Positions 36,973-45,740 of a stretch of 64,000 nucleotides of DNA are shown piece after piece. A program made the position numbers and the translations under genes. Source of the stretch: Acidobacteriota bacterium (GTDB lineage Bacteria; Acidobacteriota; Terriglobia; Acidiferrales; UBA7541); NCBI GenBank assembly GCA_021832085.1, contig JAKBLM010000003.1:10380-74379 (forward strand), given 5' to 3'. The notes under the pieces were generated by a model. It was not told the origin of the DNA. It saw only the letters and a program-made list of their open reading frames with translations, and searched no databases. The stretch's first letter is position 1; the number at the start of each line of letters is the position of its first letter.

Positions 36973-38373
36973 TCAGGCCACCGGCCTCGCCGCGTCCCGC
37001 GCCCGCCAATATCTGTAGAAGAACAGGCCGATCACGATAACAAAAAGCCCGAGACCCGCGCGCAGCGGTTGCTCGACCAGCACACTGGCGGAAACGGCGA
37101 TCGCCCCGAGGATGAAAATCACGGGGACCACCGGATATCCCCACGTCCGATAGGGCCGCGGCAGGTCGGGCTCCTTTCGGCGGAGCCGCAAAACGGAAGC
37201 CGCTGCCAATGCGTAGAAAATGAATTGCACGAAAATGTAGAGGGAGAAGAGCTGCGTGAACGTGCCGGTCAACGCCAGGATCGAGGCCAGGCATGCCTGG
37301 AAGATGAGCGCGTTGCCCGGCGTGCGGAAGCGGGGATGGATGCCGTCCGCGATGCGGAAAAATCGCCGGTCGCGCGCCATCGCGTAATCGACCCGCGCGC
37401 CGCTCAGAATCGACGAGTTCAGCGTGCCCAGCGCGCAGATGATCATCGCGATCGTTAGCCAATCGGCCACATGCGAACCGGCCACGCGCGCAAGCACATC
37501 GGAAACCACGTGCGGCGACGCGGCCACCTTGCTGAAAGGCAGCACATGGAAACAGGCCCCGGTGGTGAAGATGTACAGGGCCATCACCAGCGCCACGCCG
37601 CCAATGAGCGAGCGCGGGATGTTGCGGGCCGGGTTTTTGATTTCCGCGCCGACCAGTCCCAGATTGTCCCAGCCGTCGTACGCCCAGAGCGCGGCTACCA
37701 GCGCCGCGAAAAATCCTCCAACCGTCGCGCCGCCCACAAGACCCTGCGGTGCGGCAAGCGCCGCTGCCGGATGCGCGCCGAGCGCGAAACCGGCGAAAAT
37801 CACCGCCGCGATCACGGCCACCTTGATCACCGTCAGCGCCACCTGCACCTGCCCGCCCAGCTTCACGCCCAGGTAGTTGACGAACGTCACCAGGGCAATG
37901 ACGCCCACCGCCAGCGGCATCGCCAGCGTGAAGACGAAGGCACTGGGCCCGGACTCCCAGGGCAAAGTGAAGTGAAAAGTGTGAAGCGGCATCAGCACGT
38001 GCGGATCGAGGAAACCCCAAAACAGCAGCAGGCCCGCGGCAATCGTCGCGATCGAGGACGAGCGCCCGACGATCGAATGCATCCACCCAAACAGAAATCC
38101 CCACACCGGTCCGAAACCGCGGCTGATGTACGCGTATTCCCCTCCGGCTTCCGGAATCGCCGCCCCCAGCTCCCCGTAGGCGAAAGTGCCGAAAAGCGTC
38201 AGTATTCCGCCCGCGATCCACACCGCGTAAACCAGCCCGGGCGTCTTCACCGTCTGCGCCATATTGGCCGGGACGATGAAAATTCCGGTGCCAATCATCG
38301 TGCCGACAACGATCGCCACCGCCGCCCAAGCGCCCAGCTCCCGCATCAGGTCGAGCCGTCGCTCCTCGCTCAT
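36973..38373 (-). CDS. amino acid permease (APC superfamily)
   Basis: 466 aa, about 12 TM. N-terminal motif AVAIVVGTMIGTGIFIVPANMA. Its start overlaps the upstream gene stop (ATGA at 38370..38373). Confidence 0.85.
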   Translation of the reverse strand: MSEERRLDLMRELGAWAAVAIVVGTMIGTGIFIVPANMAQTVKTPGLVYAVWIAGGILTLFGTFAYGELGAAIPEAGGEYAYISRGFGPVWGFLFGWMHSIVGRSSSIATIAAGLLLFWGFLDPHVLMPLHTFHFTLPWESGPSAFVFTLAMPLAVGVIALVTFVNYLGVKLGGQVQVALTVIKVAVIAAVIFAGFALGAHPAAALAAPQGLVGGATVGGFFAALVAALWAYDGWDNLGLVGAEIKNPARNIPRSLIGGVALVMALYIFTTGACFHVLPFSKVAASPHVVSDVLARVAGSHVADWLTIAMIICALGTLNSSILSGARVDYAMARDRRFFRIADGIHPRFRTPGNALIFQACLASILALTGTFTQLFSLYIFVQFIFYALAAASVLRLRRKEPDLPRPYRTWGYPVVPVIFILGAIAVSASVLVEQPLRAGLGLFVIVIGLFFYRYWRARDAARPVA

Positions 38374-39857
38374 TGCACCTCCGTCGGCTGCGCCGGCGCG
38401 TGATCGAATCGGCTCACCATCCAGCCCACCGAAAATGTGATGATCGTTCCCAGCAGCACATACCAGGTCCAGGCGATCGTCTCGTGCAGTTCCATCCCGA
38501 AAAATCCCGCGATTCGTGGCGCGTATTGCACGGCCACCATCGCCCCCAGCCCGGTCAGCAGCCCGCTAAGCGCTCCGCGCGGTGTCGCCCGCCGGTCGGC
38601 GATCGCCAGCAGAAAAACACCGAGCAATCCGCCATAGGTGATCGAGGCGATTGTCAACCCTGCCACCAGCACCACCCCCCAGTGCACCAGCCCGAAGAGT
38701 CCCAAAACCAGCCCCCAGCCCACTGTCACCCAGCGCGAAAGCCGCACCAGGCTCGGGTCGTCGAGCCGCCGTTCGCCCCGCAGGCGCTTGAAATCGACGA
38801 TGGTCGACGACGCCAGCGAATTCAGCGAACCGCTTGCGTTCGACATCGCCACCGCGAAAATCGACGCCAGCACCAGTCCCGATAGCCCAACCGGCAGGTC
38901 GCGCACGATGAATGCGGGGAACAGGCGATCGGTGTCCCCTCCCGGCGCCAGCAGGCCCGTGTGCCGAGCGAAAACATATAGCATCACACCGATCACCAGA
39001 AACAGGGCGAATTGCACAAAAATAATCACGCCGCTGGCGAGCAGCGCCGCCTTGCTTTCCCGCTCGTTGCGCGCCGCCAGCAACCGTTGCACCATCGTCT
39101 GGTCGGTGCCGTGGCTGGCCATCGTCAGAAACGTGCCTCCGATGATGCCGGCCCAGAATGTGTAGCTTTCGGTGAGGCTGAAATTGAAATGAAAGATCTG
39201 CAGCTTGTGTCCCGAAACGGCCGCCACCTGCGTCACGTGCGCCCAGCCGCCGGGAATCTTGTGCAGCAGCAGGAAAAACGCGATCGCCGACCCTCCCAGG
39301 TACAGCACAAGCTGCACCATGTCGGTCCAGATCACCGCCCGCATCCCGCCCGCAAACGTGTAGAGGATCGTCAGCGCCGTCATGATCGCTACCGACACCG
39401 TTTCGCCCGTGCCGAACGCGACGCTTACGACCAGCCCGATCGCGTTGATCCGCACCCCTTCGGCCAGCGCCCGTGTTCCCAGAAACACCGTCGCCGTCGC
39501 TGCCTTCATCCGTTCCCCGAAACGCTTTTCGATGAACTGGTAAGCCGTGTAGAATTCCCCTCGAAAATAATGGGGGATAAAGATCAGGCAGATAATCACC
39601 CGGGCGATCAGGTATCCCATCACCAGTTGCAGAAAGCCCAAATCGCTCGCGTAGGCGATGCCAGGCGTGCTGATGATGGTGAGGGTCGAGGTTTCCGTCG
39701 CGACGATCGAGCCCGCCAGCGCCCACCACGGCGCCGTCCGGCTGCTCAGGAAATATTCGCGCAGGCTCGTCTGGCGCCGGCGAAAGTGAATGCCGAAGAG
39801 CGTGACACCGGCCAGATAGGCCACGATAATGGCGAAGTCAATGCCGTCGATCCGCAT
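38370..39857 (-). CDS. sodium:solute symporter family transporter
   Basis: 495 aa, polytopic. N-terminal region GIHFRRRQTSLREYFLSSRTAPWWALAGSIVATETSTLTIISTPGIAY is typical of SSF transporters. Confidence 0.85.
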   Translation of the reverse strand: MRIDGIDFAIIVAYLAGVTLFGIHFRRRQTSLREYFLSSRTAPWWALAGSIVATETSTLTIISTPGIAYASDLGFLQLVMGYLIARVIICLIFIPHYFRGEFYTAYQFIEKRFGERMKAATATVFLGTRALAEGVRINAIGLVVSVAFGTGETVSVAIMTALTILYTFAGGMRAVIWTDMVQLVLYLGGSAIAFFLLLHKIPGGWAHVTQVAAVSGHKLQIFHFNFSLTESYTFWAGIIGGTFLTMASHGTDQTMVQRLLAARNERESKAALLASGVIIFVQFALFLVIGVMLYVFARHTGLLAPGGDTDRLFPAFIVRDLPVGLSGLVLASIFAVAMSNASGSLNSLASSTIVDFKRLRGERRLDDPSLVRLSRWVTVGWGLVLGLFGLVHWGVVLVAGLTIASITYGGLLGVFLLAIADRRATPRGALSGLLTGLGAMVAVQYAPRIAGFFGMELHETIAWTWYVLLGTIITFSVGWMVSRFDHAPAQPTEVQ

Positions 39858-40018
39858 CAGCCGTGGGGGCGAGATGCTAGCGAGTTGATGCGACGCCTGT
39901 CAATGACCGTTTGCATCTCCGGTTCGATTCCCCACGCCGGGTACGCCCGGTGACTCGCGTTAACACCCGCTCCGAAATTCCCGCAGCCGGCCCAGGCCGT
40001 ACGCCCTGGACTTCCGGC

Positions 40019-41521
40019 ATGGCGATCGTAGCCTACATTGCACTCGCCGATTTCCTCCTGCATCTCTACGCCGGCGGCCGCTACGGCTATTCCCTCGAAG
40101 AGCTCTACGCGCTCATCTGCGCCCGCCATCCTGCCTGGGGCTATGGCGCTCGCCCGCCGCTCCTTGCCTTCATCGCCAGGCTGTCTGTCGCCTGGTTTGG
40201 CTCTTCGCTGCGCGCGATCCGCGTGCTGCCCGCCGCTGCCGCCGCGGTCACGGTCGTGCTCACCGGGCTCCTGGCGCGGGAACTCGGCGGTCGCCGGTTC
40301 GCGCAGGCGCTGGCCGCGCTGGCGATCCTTCTGGCGCCGGGCTTTCTCGCTGCCGGCGGACTGCTCGCGGCAGGCGCCTTCGCCGTGCTTTTCTGGGCCG
40401 GCTGCAGCTTGGTTCTGGTGCGGATGCTTCGCAGCGGCAATACGCGTCTCTGGCTCCTCTACGGCCTGCTGGCCGGCCTGGGCCTGGAAAACCGGCATGC
40501 CATGGCGCTTCTCGTCTTCGGCACGGTTGTCGCCCTTTTGCTCGTGCCCGAGCGCCGGTTGCTGGCGAGCCGGTGGTTTTGGCTCGGCATGTTCCTGGCG
40601 TTTCTGATCTTCCTGCCGAATCTCGTCTGGCAGCGGGCCCATGAACTCCCGCTGCTCGATCTGCTGCGCATTCCGCCGCCGGCCGCCGGCACTTTGCCTT
40701 CTCGCCTCGATTTCCTCGTCCGTCAGCTCTTCCTGCTGAATCCGCTGGCGTTGCCGATTTGGTTGGGCGGTCTGGCGTGGTGCTTCACGCGGGCAGGGAA
40801 GCGCTACCGCGCGCTCGCCTGGATCTACCTGTTCGTGCTGATCTCCCTGCTGGCGTTCCGCCCTCGTCCCGCTGATCTCCTTCCCGCTTACGCGATGCTC
40901 CTGGGAGCGGGAGCTGTGGCCGCTGAGCGCTGGCTGGAAATGCGGCGCGCCGCGTGGGCGTGGCTGCGGCCCGGCTATGTGTGCGCCCTCGTGCTGGCGG
41001 GCGCCTTGCTTGCTCCGACGCGCTTGCCTTTGCTGCCGCTGAACACCTACATCCATTATGCGGAATCGCTTCACCTGGCCCCTTCGCGGCCTGGCGCCCC
41101 TGATCGCGCTCGATTGCCGCGCTTTTACGCCTCCATGTTTGGCTGGCGCGACATGGTCGCTACCATCGCCAGAATCTATTACGGCCTCCCGCCCGGCATG
41201 CGCGCCCACACCGCTATTTTCTGCGCCAATTACGGTGCGGCCTCGGCCATCGATTTCTTCGGCCCTCGTTATCGCCTGCCCCGGGCCATCTGCTTGCATG
41301 GCGCCTTCTACGAATGGGGCCCCGGGAAAGCACGCACCCTCAGTGTCCTTTCCATTGGGGTTAGCCGAAACGACCTGCAGCGCACTTTTTCCTGGGTGGA
41401 ACCGGTCACTGTGCTCGATAATCGTAGGACGTCGGCTTGGGCAAACGGACCGATCTTCTATTGCCGGGGACCGAACGTTCCGTTCCGCAGCTCCTGGACC
41501 AAGCTGAAGAGATGGTATTGA
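40019..41521 (+). CDS. glycosyltransferase family 39 / ArnT-like membrane glycosyltransferase
   Basis: Polytopic N-terminal half (RPPLLAFIARL, multiple TM helices) and a soluble C-terminal part. I chose the start at MAIVAYIALADFLLH (40019); the track start 39911 is the alternative. Confidence 0.65.
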   Translation: MAIVAYIALADFLLHLYAGGRYGYSLEELYALICARHPAWGYGARPPLLAFIARLSVAWFGSSLRAIRVLPAAAAAVTVVLTGLLARELGGRRFAQALAALAILLAPGFLAAGGLLAAGAFAVLFWAGCSLVLVRMLRSGNTRLWLLYGLLAGLGLENRHAMALLVFGTVVALLLVPERRLLASRWFWLGMFLAFLIFLPNLVWQRAHELPLLDLLRIPPPAAGTLPSRLDFLVRQLFLLNPLALPIWLGGLAWCFTRAGKRYRALAWIYLFVLISLLAFRPRPADLLPAYAMLLGAGAVAAERWLEMRRAAWAWLRPGYVCALVLAGALLAPTRLPLLPLNTYIHYAESLHLAPSRPGAPDRARLPRFYASMFGWRDMVATIARIYYGLPPGMRAHTAIFCANYGAASAIDFFGPRYRLPRAICLHGAFYEWGPGKARTLSVLSIGVSRNDLQRTFSWVEPVTVLDNRRTSAWANGPIFYCRGPNVPFRSSWTKLKRWY

Positions 41522-41576
41522 ACTCCCCAACGAGATCCCCGACCTCCCGGCAGCGTCCCCGCGCGCGGTGGCGCCG

Positions 41577-42533
41577 ATGAACCTTTATCTCGGTCTCGAC
41601 GGCGGGGGCACGAAGACGCAAGCGGTGCTGGTCGACGAAGCCGGACGCGTTGTTGCCGATATTCGCGGCAACGCCTCCAATCCGCTGCGGTCGAGCTTCG
41701 CCCGCGCCTTCACCGCTCTCGACGATGCCGCCGCCCGCGCCTTGTCCGCTGCGCACGCGGAGGCCGCCGATGTGCGTGGCGTGACGGCCGGACTGGCTGG
41801 CGCCGGGCAGCCGCGCGTGGCCAAGCGATTTGTCGCCTTTCTTTCCACTCGCTTCCGCGGCGCCACGGTCGAGGCCCTCCCCGATCTGGAAATTGCGCTC
41901 GAAACCATTGCCGAGCGGGGACCGGCTGTCGTCCTGCTGGCCGGCACCGGTTCGGCCGCCTTCGGCCGCAATGGCGAGGGCCGCACGGCGCGCGCCGGCG
42001 GATGGGGACCGTGGTTCAGCGACGAAGGCAGCGCGTTCGATATCGGCCGCCATGCGCTGGCCTCGATAGCCCGCGCCCACGACGCCGGGAAACCGCCCGG
42101 CAGTCTCGAACAGGCGATTGGCGCCGCCCTCGGCGTGCACGACTGGCAGCAGTTGATCGAACAGGTTTCTCGAAAGCCGCTCGAGCGCCTTCCCGCGGTT
42201 TTCCCGGCCGTTGCGGTTGCCGCTGTAGCCGGCGACGAAACCGCCTGCGCCATCCTGCGCGAAGCCGCCGAAAATCTGGTTGCGCTCGCCGGCGCCGTCA
42301 TCTCCAGGCTTGGCCTCGAGCGCAGCGATTTCGCGCTCGGCCGCGTCGGTGGGGTTTTCGGGCGTGCCGCCTGCCTCGACCGCCGCGTCGAAGAATTGCT
42401 CGCTTCACTTTCTCCGCGCGTGCGGCTCACCCCTTCACGATTCTCACCGGCCGTGGCTGCTGCACGCCGTGCGCTGCGCCTTGCCGGGGGCTCTTCCGTT
42501 GCAGCTGCGCCTGAGCCGAGTCCTTCTTCGTGA
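41577..42533 (+). CDS. BadF/BadG/BcrA/BcrD-type ATPase family sugar kinase (GlcNAc/MurNAc kinase-like)
   Basis: N-terminus MNLYLGLDGGGTKTQAVLVDEAGRV. Further motifs LLAGTGSAAFG and GGWGPWFSDEGSAFDIG. GTG 41568 is an alternative start. Confidence 0.8.
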   Translation: MNLYLGLDGGGTKTQAVLVDEAGRVVADIRGNASNPLRSSFARAFTALDDAAARALSAAHAEAADVRGVTAGLAGAGQPRVAKRFVAFLSTRFRGATVEALPDLEIALETIAERGPAVVLLAGTGSAAFGRNGEGRTARAGGWGPWFSDEGSAFDIGRHALASIARAHDAGKPPGSLEQAIGAALGVHDWQQLIEQVSRKPLERLPAVFPAVAVAAVAGDETACAILREAAENLVALAGAVISRLGLERSDFALGRVGGVFGRAACLDRRVEELLASLSPRVRLTPSRFSPAVAAARRALRLAGGSSVAAAPEPSPSS

Positions 42534-42618
42534 CAACGACTTCCCGCCTTTCGGCCATGTCCCCGGCCGGCCGCCAAGCCTTTGCAATCCCGCCCGATTT
42601 CCGCCAAAATGGTGCCGC

Positions 42619-42891
42619 ATGAGTGCAAAAATCAAGTGGGTGATTGCCCTTTTTGTGCTCGTCTTCGGCGGGGTAATCGCTTATTCCTCGATGCAGGCAA
42701 CGCGAGTGCGCTACCAGGTGTGCATGCGGCTCGACGGCCGCACCCACTGCGCCGTTGCCGAGGGGCGCAGCGCAAAAGAGGCCATCCAGAGCGCGATGCA
42801 GATCGATTGCGGCCTGATCTCCGCCGATCGCGACCAACTGATGGTTTGCGAAACGCAGCAGCCGCAGTCCGTCAAGGCGCTTCCCCGCTGA
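42619..42891 (+). CDS. hypothetical small membrane-anchored protein
   Basis: Internal ATG of ORF 42280..42891. MSAKIKWVIALFVLVFGGVIAYSS forms a single TM, followed by a Cys-containing soluble domain. Confidence 0.5.
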   Translation: MSAKIKWVIALFVLVFGGVIAYSSMQATRVRYQVCMRLDGRTHCAVAEGRSAKEAIQSAMQIDCGLISADRDQLMVCETQQPQSVKALPR

Positions 42892-42906
42892 TCCGTCCTT
42901 CGGCAA

Positions 42907-42936
42907 TTGACATTCCTCGCGCGCCGCGCCTAGCAT
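42907..42936 (+). promoter_or_regulatory. sigma70-type promoter candidate; implies a near-leaderless mRNA for 42947 gene
   Basis: TTGACA (42907..42912), 18 nt spacer, TAGCAT (42931..42936). The ATG at 42947 is only 10 nt after the -10 element. Confidence 0.4.
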
Positions 42937-42946
42937 CGCTAGAGGG

Positions 42947-43588
42947 ATGTTCCGCTCGGGCGCAAAACGCTGTTTGAACTGCGATACCGTGATGACCGGC
43001 CCGGTTTGCGAGGGTTGCGATCTCACCGAAGCGGCGGCCAGCCTTGTCGTTCGCCGCAAAGTGATTCTCCGCACGGGCATGTTTCTGCTGGGGTCGCTCG
43101 CCTTCATCGCGGCCGCCTACCGCTTTCCCCCGCTCGCCATGGACAAAATGCTGGTCTTCGCCGGTGTGATTTTCTTCGTCGGCCTGGGATTGGCCGTGTG
43201 GGTGGAGCGCGGCGCGCTCCGCGGCGGACAGATCGCTGTTCGCAAGTCTCTATTCACGTCGGTGGTTCTGATTCCGTGGCTTTTGGCCGGCATGCTGGTG
43301 GTCAACGCGAAACTCGATGACGCCCCGATCCGCGATTGGACTACGCGGGTGGTGGAGAAATTCTCGATGTCGGCGATCGTGCCTACGCGCCGTCTGGTGG
43401 TGCTCTCCTGGCGGCCAGGACACGAATACGAGCACGTCCCGGTGAGCGAGAGCGAATATTCGCGCTTCCATGTCGGAGAGCGCGTTGTCGTCGAGATTCA
43501 CCCGGGACTCGCAGGCATTCCCTGGGTGGCCGGCGTCGTTGCCGCGGTTAACCCCGGCGGTGCCGTCAAGGACCATTCTGGCGGCTAG
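42947..43588 (+). CDS. hypothetical zinc-ribbon membrane protein
   Basis: N-terminal CLNCDTVMTGPVCEGC (CxxC...CxxC), then 4 hydrophobic helices and a C-terminal soluble domain. Confidence 0.6.
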   Translation: MFRSGAKRCLNCDTVMTGPVCEGCDLTEAAASLVVRRKVILRTGMFLLGSLAFIAAAYRFPPLAMDKMLVFAGVIFFVGLGLAVWVERGALRGGQIAVRKSLFTSVVLIPWLLAGMLVVNAKLDDAPIRDWTTRVVEKFSMSAIVPTRRLVVLSWRPGHEYEHVPVSESEYSRFHVGERVVVEIHPGLAGIPWVAGVVAAVNPGGAVKDHSGG

Positions 43589-43698
43589 CCCGGCTATCGC
43601 GTGGTGTCTGCTCTTGCGGCACGGCGGTGCCCCGCCGCTGGCGAAGTGGCTCACCGCAACTGCGGCGAAAAATCCCTCCGTGCTTCCCGCTCTGCCAC

Positions 43699-44148
43699 TC
43701 AGTACGGTGCCAGCGGATGTGCCAACTCGATTGTCAGCTTGTCCCCGCTTTTGGCCAGTTCGACCGTGATCTGCTGGGCGAGACCGACGTTGTGCGAATC
43801 CCAGGCGTCGGTTTTCACGCGCGGGGTGTTACGGTCCGGAACCGGACCCACTAAATTTTCGCCCCGTGCCTCGAAATCATTCGGGTCTGCCCGATAGAGC
43901 AGCTTCCGCTTCAGGTTGAAAACGTACCAGTCCCGACTCACCTGGACGAGCAGCAGGTTGTGATTCTTGTCGGCCTGCAGCACGTTCCAATGTTTCACCG
44001 GATGCTCGTTCAGCTTGAGCAAGGCCTCCATCACCGGTTTCCAGACCACTTTTTTTTTCGCCCCGGCCTCGGCCCGCGGTCCCGCTGCCGCGATCAGCCC
44101 GGCGACCAGCGCTGTGGCCGTCAGGATTCCTCTTTTTGTTCGAGTCAT
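43699..44148 (-). CDS. hypothetical secreted protein
   Basis: I chose the start at MTRTKRGILTATALVAGLIAAAGPRAEA (signal peptide) within ORF 43699..44187. I recognised no family motif. Confidence 0.55.
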   Translation of the reverse strand: MTRTKRGILTATALVAGLIAAAGPRAEAGAKKKVVWKPVMEALLKLNEHPVKHWNVLQADKNHNLLLVQVSRDWYVFNLKRKLLYRADPNDFEARGENLVGPVPDRNTPRVKTDAWDSHNVGLAQQITVELAKSGDKLTIELAHPLAPY

Positions 44149-44352
44149 TATCGTTCCTCGCCGTCTCCGCCGGGGAGGCATAAACATGCGCTTACCACGT
44201 AATCTTAATCCATCCAGCCCGTTTTGGACCCGCCGAAGAGGTTCCGATAACGGCGCCCGTCAGCATATCGATGGCAGCGGGACCTACCCGCCAAACCGGA
44301 GCTTCGCTGCCTCCATCTTCCCGTGTTGCGCGTATAATCCAGGCAAGTGTCC

Positions 44353-45228
44353 ATGCGCGCCAAGATGAACCGGTTGAGGGAGGCGCTGCTGCGCGTCGTG
44401 CCCGCAGCGCTGACGCAGGCCCAGGCAATCGCCTTCGTCATGTTTTTGGCGATTTTCCCGGTCCTGCTGCTCTGTCTCGGGCTGCTGAGTCTTTCCGGGT
44501 GGAGCGCCGAGCCTGCCCGTGAGCTGCCCCGGAGTTTTCAACTCGTCTTGCCGGCCGGCAGCATGCACCTGATCACCGAATTTCTTTCCCGGCTGGAAGG
44601 CTCACCCTGGAAACTGATCCTGCTCGGATTGCTGGGCACGTTTCTGTTCGTTACCCAGGCGATGGCCAGCTACGTCGATGGCTTCGCAATTGTCTGGCGC
44701 GACAAGGTGAAACCAACCTACTTGGGGCGCTACCGCCGCGCCCTCCGCATGCTCTGTTACACCATCGTTCCCTGGCTGCTCACCGGCGTCCTCACGGTTT
44801 TCGGGCGCGAATTGCGCGCCTGGCTGGCGCTGTTTTTCGGCGGTGGCATCCTGATGCGGCTCGTCTGGCTTGTCGTCTACGACGGCGCCGCCCTGGCCAC
44901 CGCGTTCCTCGCGCTAATCGTGATGTATCACGTCGCCCGGCCCCATCGCCACTGGCACGATCAAGTGCCCGGCGCGCTGCTGGCGACCGTCCTCTGGTGG
45001 GTTGTCACCGCCGGCTTCAGCCTCTACGTCCGCAATATGCACTACAACCTCATCTACGGGAGCATGGCCGCCGTCATCGGCCTGATGATCTGGATGTATT
45101 TCGTCGCCCTTGTGGTGATGGTCGGCGCCGCCTACAACTCGGTTTTGGCCACACACGGGCGTTTCCCGGTCGAGATTTCTCATCGCAAAACGGCCCCGGC
45201 CAATCCCGAAACTGTCTCGAAACGCTGA
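44353..45228 (+). CDS. YihY/BrkB family membrane protein
   Basis: About 290 aa and 6 TM. The pattern QAIAFVMFLAIFPVLLL...YGSMAAVIGLMIWMYFVALVVMVGAAYN is typical of YihY (formerly ribonuclease BN-like). GTG 44347 is an alternative start. Confidence 0.75.
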   Translation: MRAKMNRLREALLRVVPAALTQAQAIAFVMFLAIFPVLLLCLGLLSLSGWSAEPARELPRSFQLVLPAGSMHLITEFLSRLEGSPWKLILLGLLGTFLFVTQAMASYVDGFAIVWRDKVKPTYLGRYRRALRMLCYTIVPWLLTGVLTVFGRELRAWLALFFGGGILMRLVWLVVYDGAALATAFLALIVMYHVARPHRHWHDQVPGALLATVLWWVVTAGFSLYVRNMHYNLIYGSMAAVIGLMIWMYFVALVVMVGAAYNSVLATHGRFPVEISHRKTAPANPETVSKR

Positions 45229-45379
45229 GGCCTCAGCCCTCGCCTCGTTCATGCCGGTTGCGCGCTGTTTTCCCTATTTGCCCGGTGTTGTCTCTTTCGC
45301 TTTTTGCTCGTCTTGACGCCTCGGGAAAACCGTCTCGCGCCGCTCGCCTCAGGCTACCGGCCCGGCGTACCATAGAGCT

Positions 45380-45616
45380 ATGCTCTCGGTCGAAGTGCAG
45401 TGCTACGCTGGGCATCGAGCCGACCAACGGCCCCTTCGCTTCACGATTCGCGGCCGGACATACGAGGTCCTTGCCGTCGAAGATCAATGGTACGAGCCGA
45501 ACGCTATCTACTTCCGTGTGCGCGCCGACGACGGCAATCTCTATATCCTCCGTCACGACGACATTCAGGATCTCTGGACCCTCGACGCCTTTCGCTCCGT
45601 CCCCGCGTCCGAATAA
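45380..45616 (+). CDS. hypothetical small protein (78 aa)
   Basis: Protein-like composition (MLSVEVQCYAGHRADQRPLRFTIRGRTYEVLAVEDQWYEPNAIYFRVRADDGNLYILRHD). I recognised no family. Confidence 0.5.
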   Translation: MLSVEVQCYAGHRADQRPLRFTIRGRTYEVLAVEDQWYEPNAIYFRVRADDGNLYILRHDDIQDLWTLDAFRSVPASE

Positions 45617-45740
45617 CCCGCCACGACTCTTCCGTCCTGCCCGCGAGCGATCGCCTGGCCGGTGTTTTTTTTGAACTTTTCACGCGTACCCTTTTCCTTC
45701 ATCATTTTGTCGAACTTTGCTTCTCGCGAAGGGGTGGCTC

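Noticed and set aside
36011-38329. 772-aa minus-strand ORF spanning the binding-protein gene and the APC permease gene
   Set aside because: It crosses a convergent intergenic region and two well-supported genes in other frames or strands, with Gly/Arg/Ala-rich composition.
39921-39932. GGTTCGATTCCC, resembling a tRNA T-arm, in the SSF/GT39 intergenic region
   Set aside because: The flanking bases do not form a T-stem (TCCGG versus CCCCA). No acceptor, anticodon or D arms could be built, so this is not a tRNA.
39857-42628. 557-aa and 347-aa minus-strand ORFs opposite the GT39 and kinase genes
   Set aside because: Shadow ORFs with low-complexity basic composition. The plus-strand genes carry family motifs.
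45640-45680. T8 run after the 78-aa gene as an intrinsic terminator
   Set aside because: I could not find a stable GC-rich stem immediately upstream of the T run; only the short self-complementary GCGATCGC is present. Not reported as a terminator.
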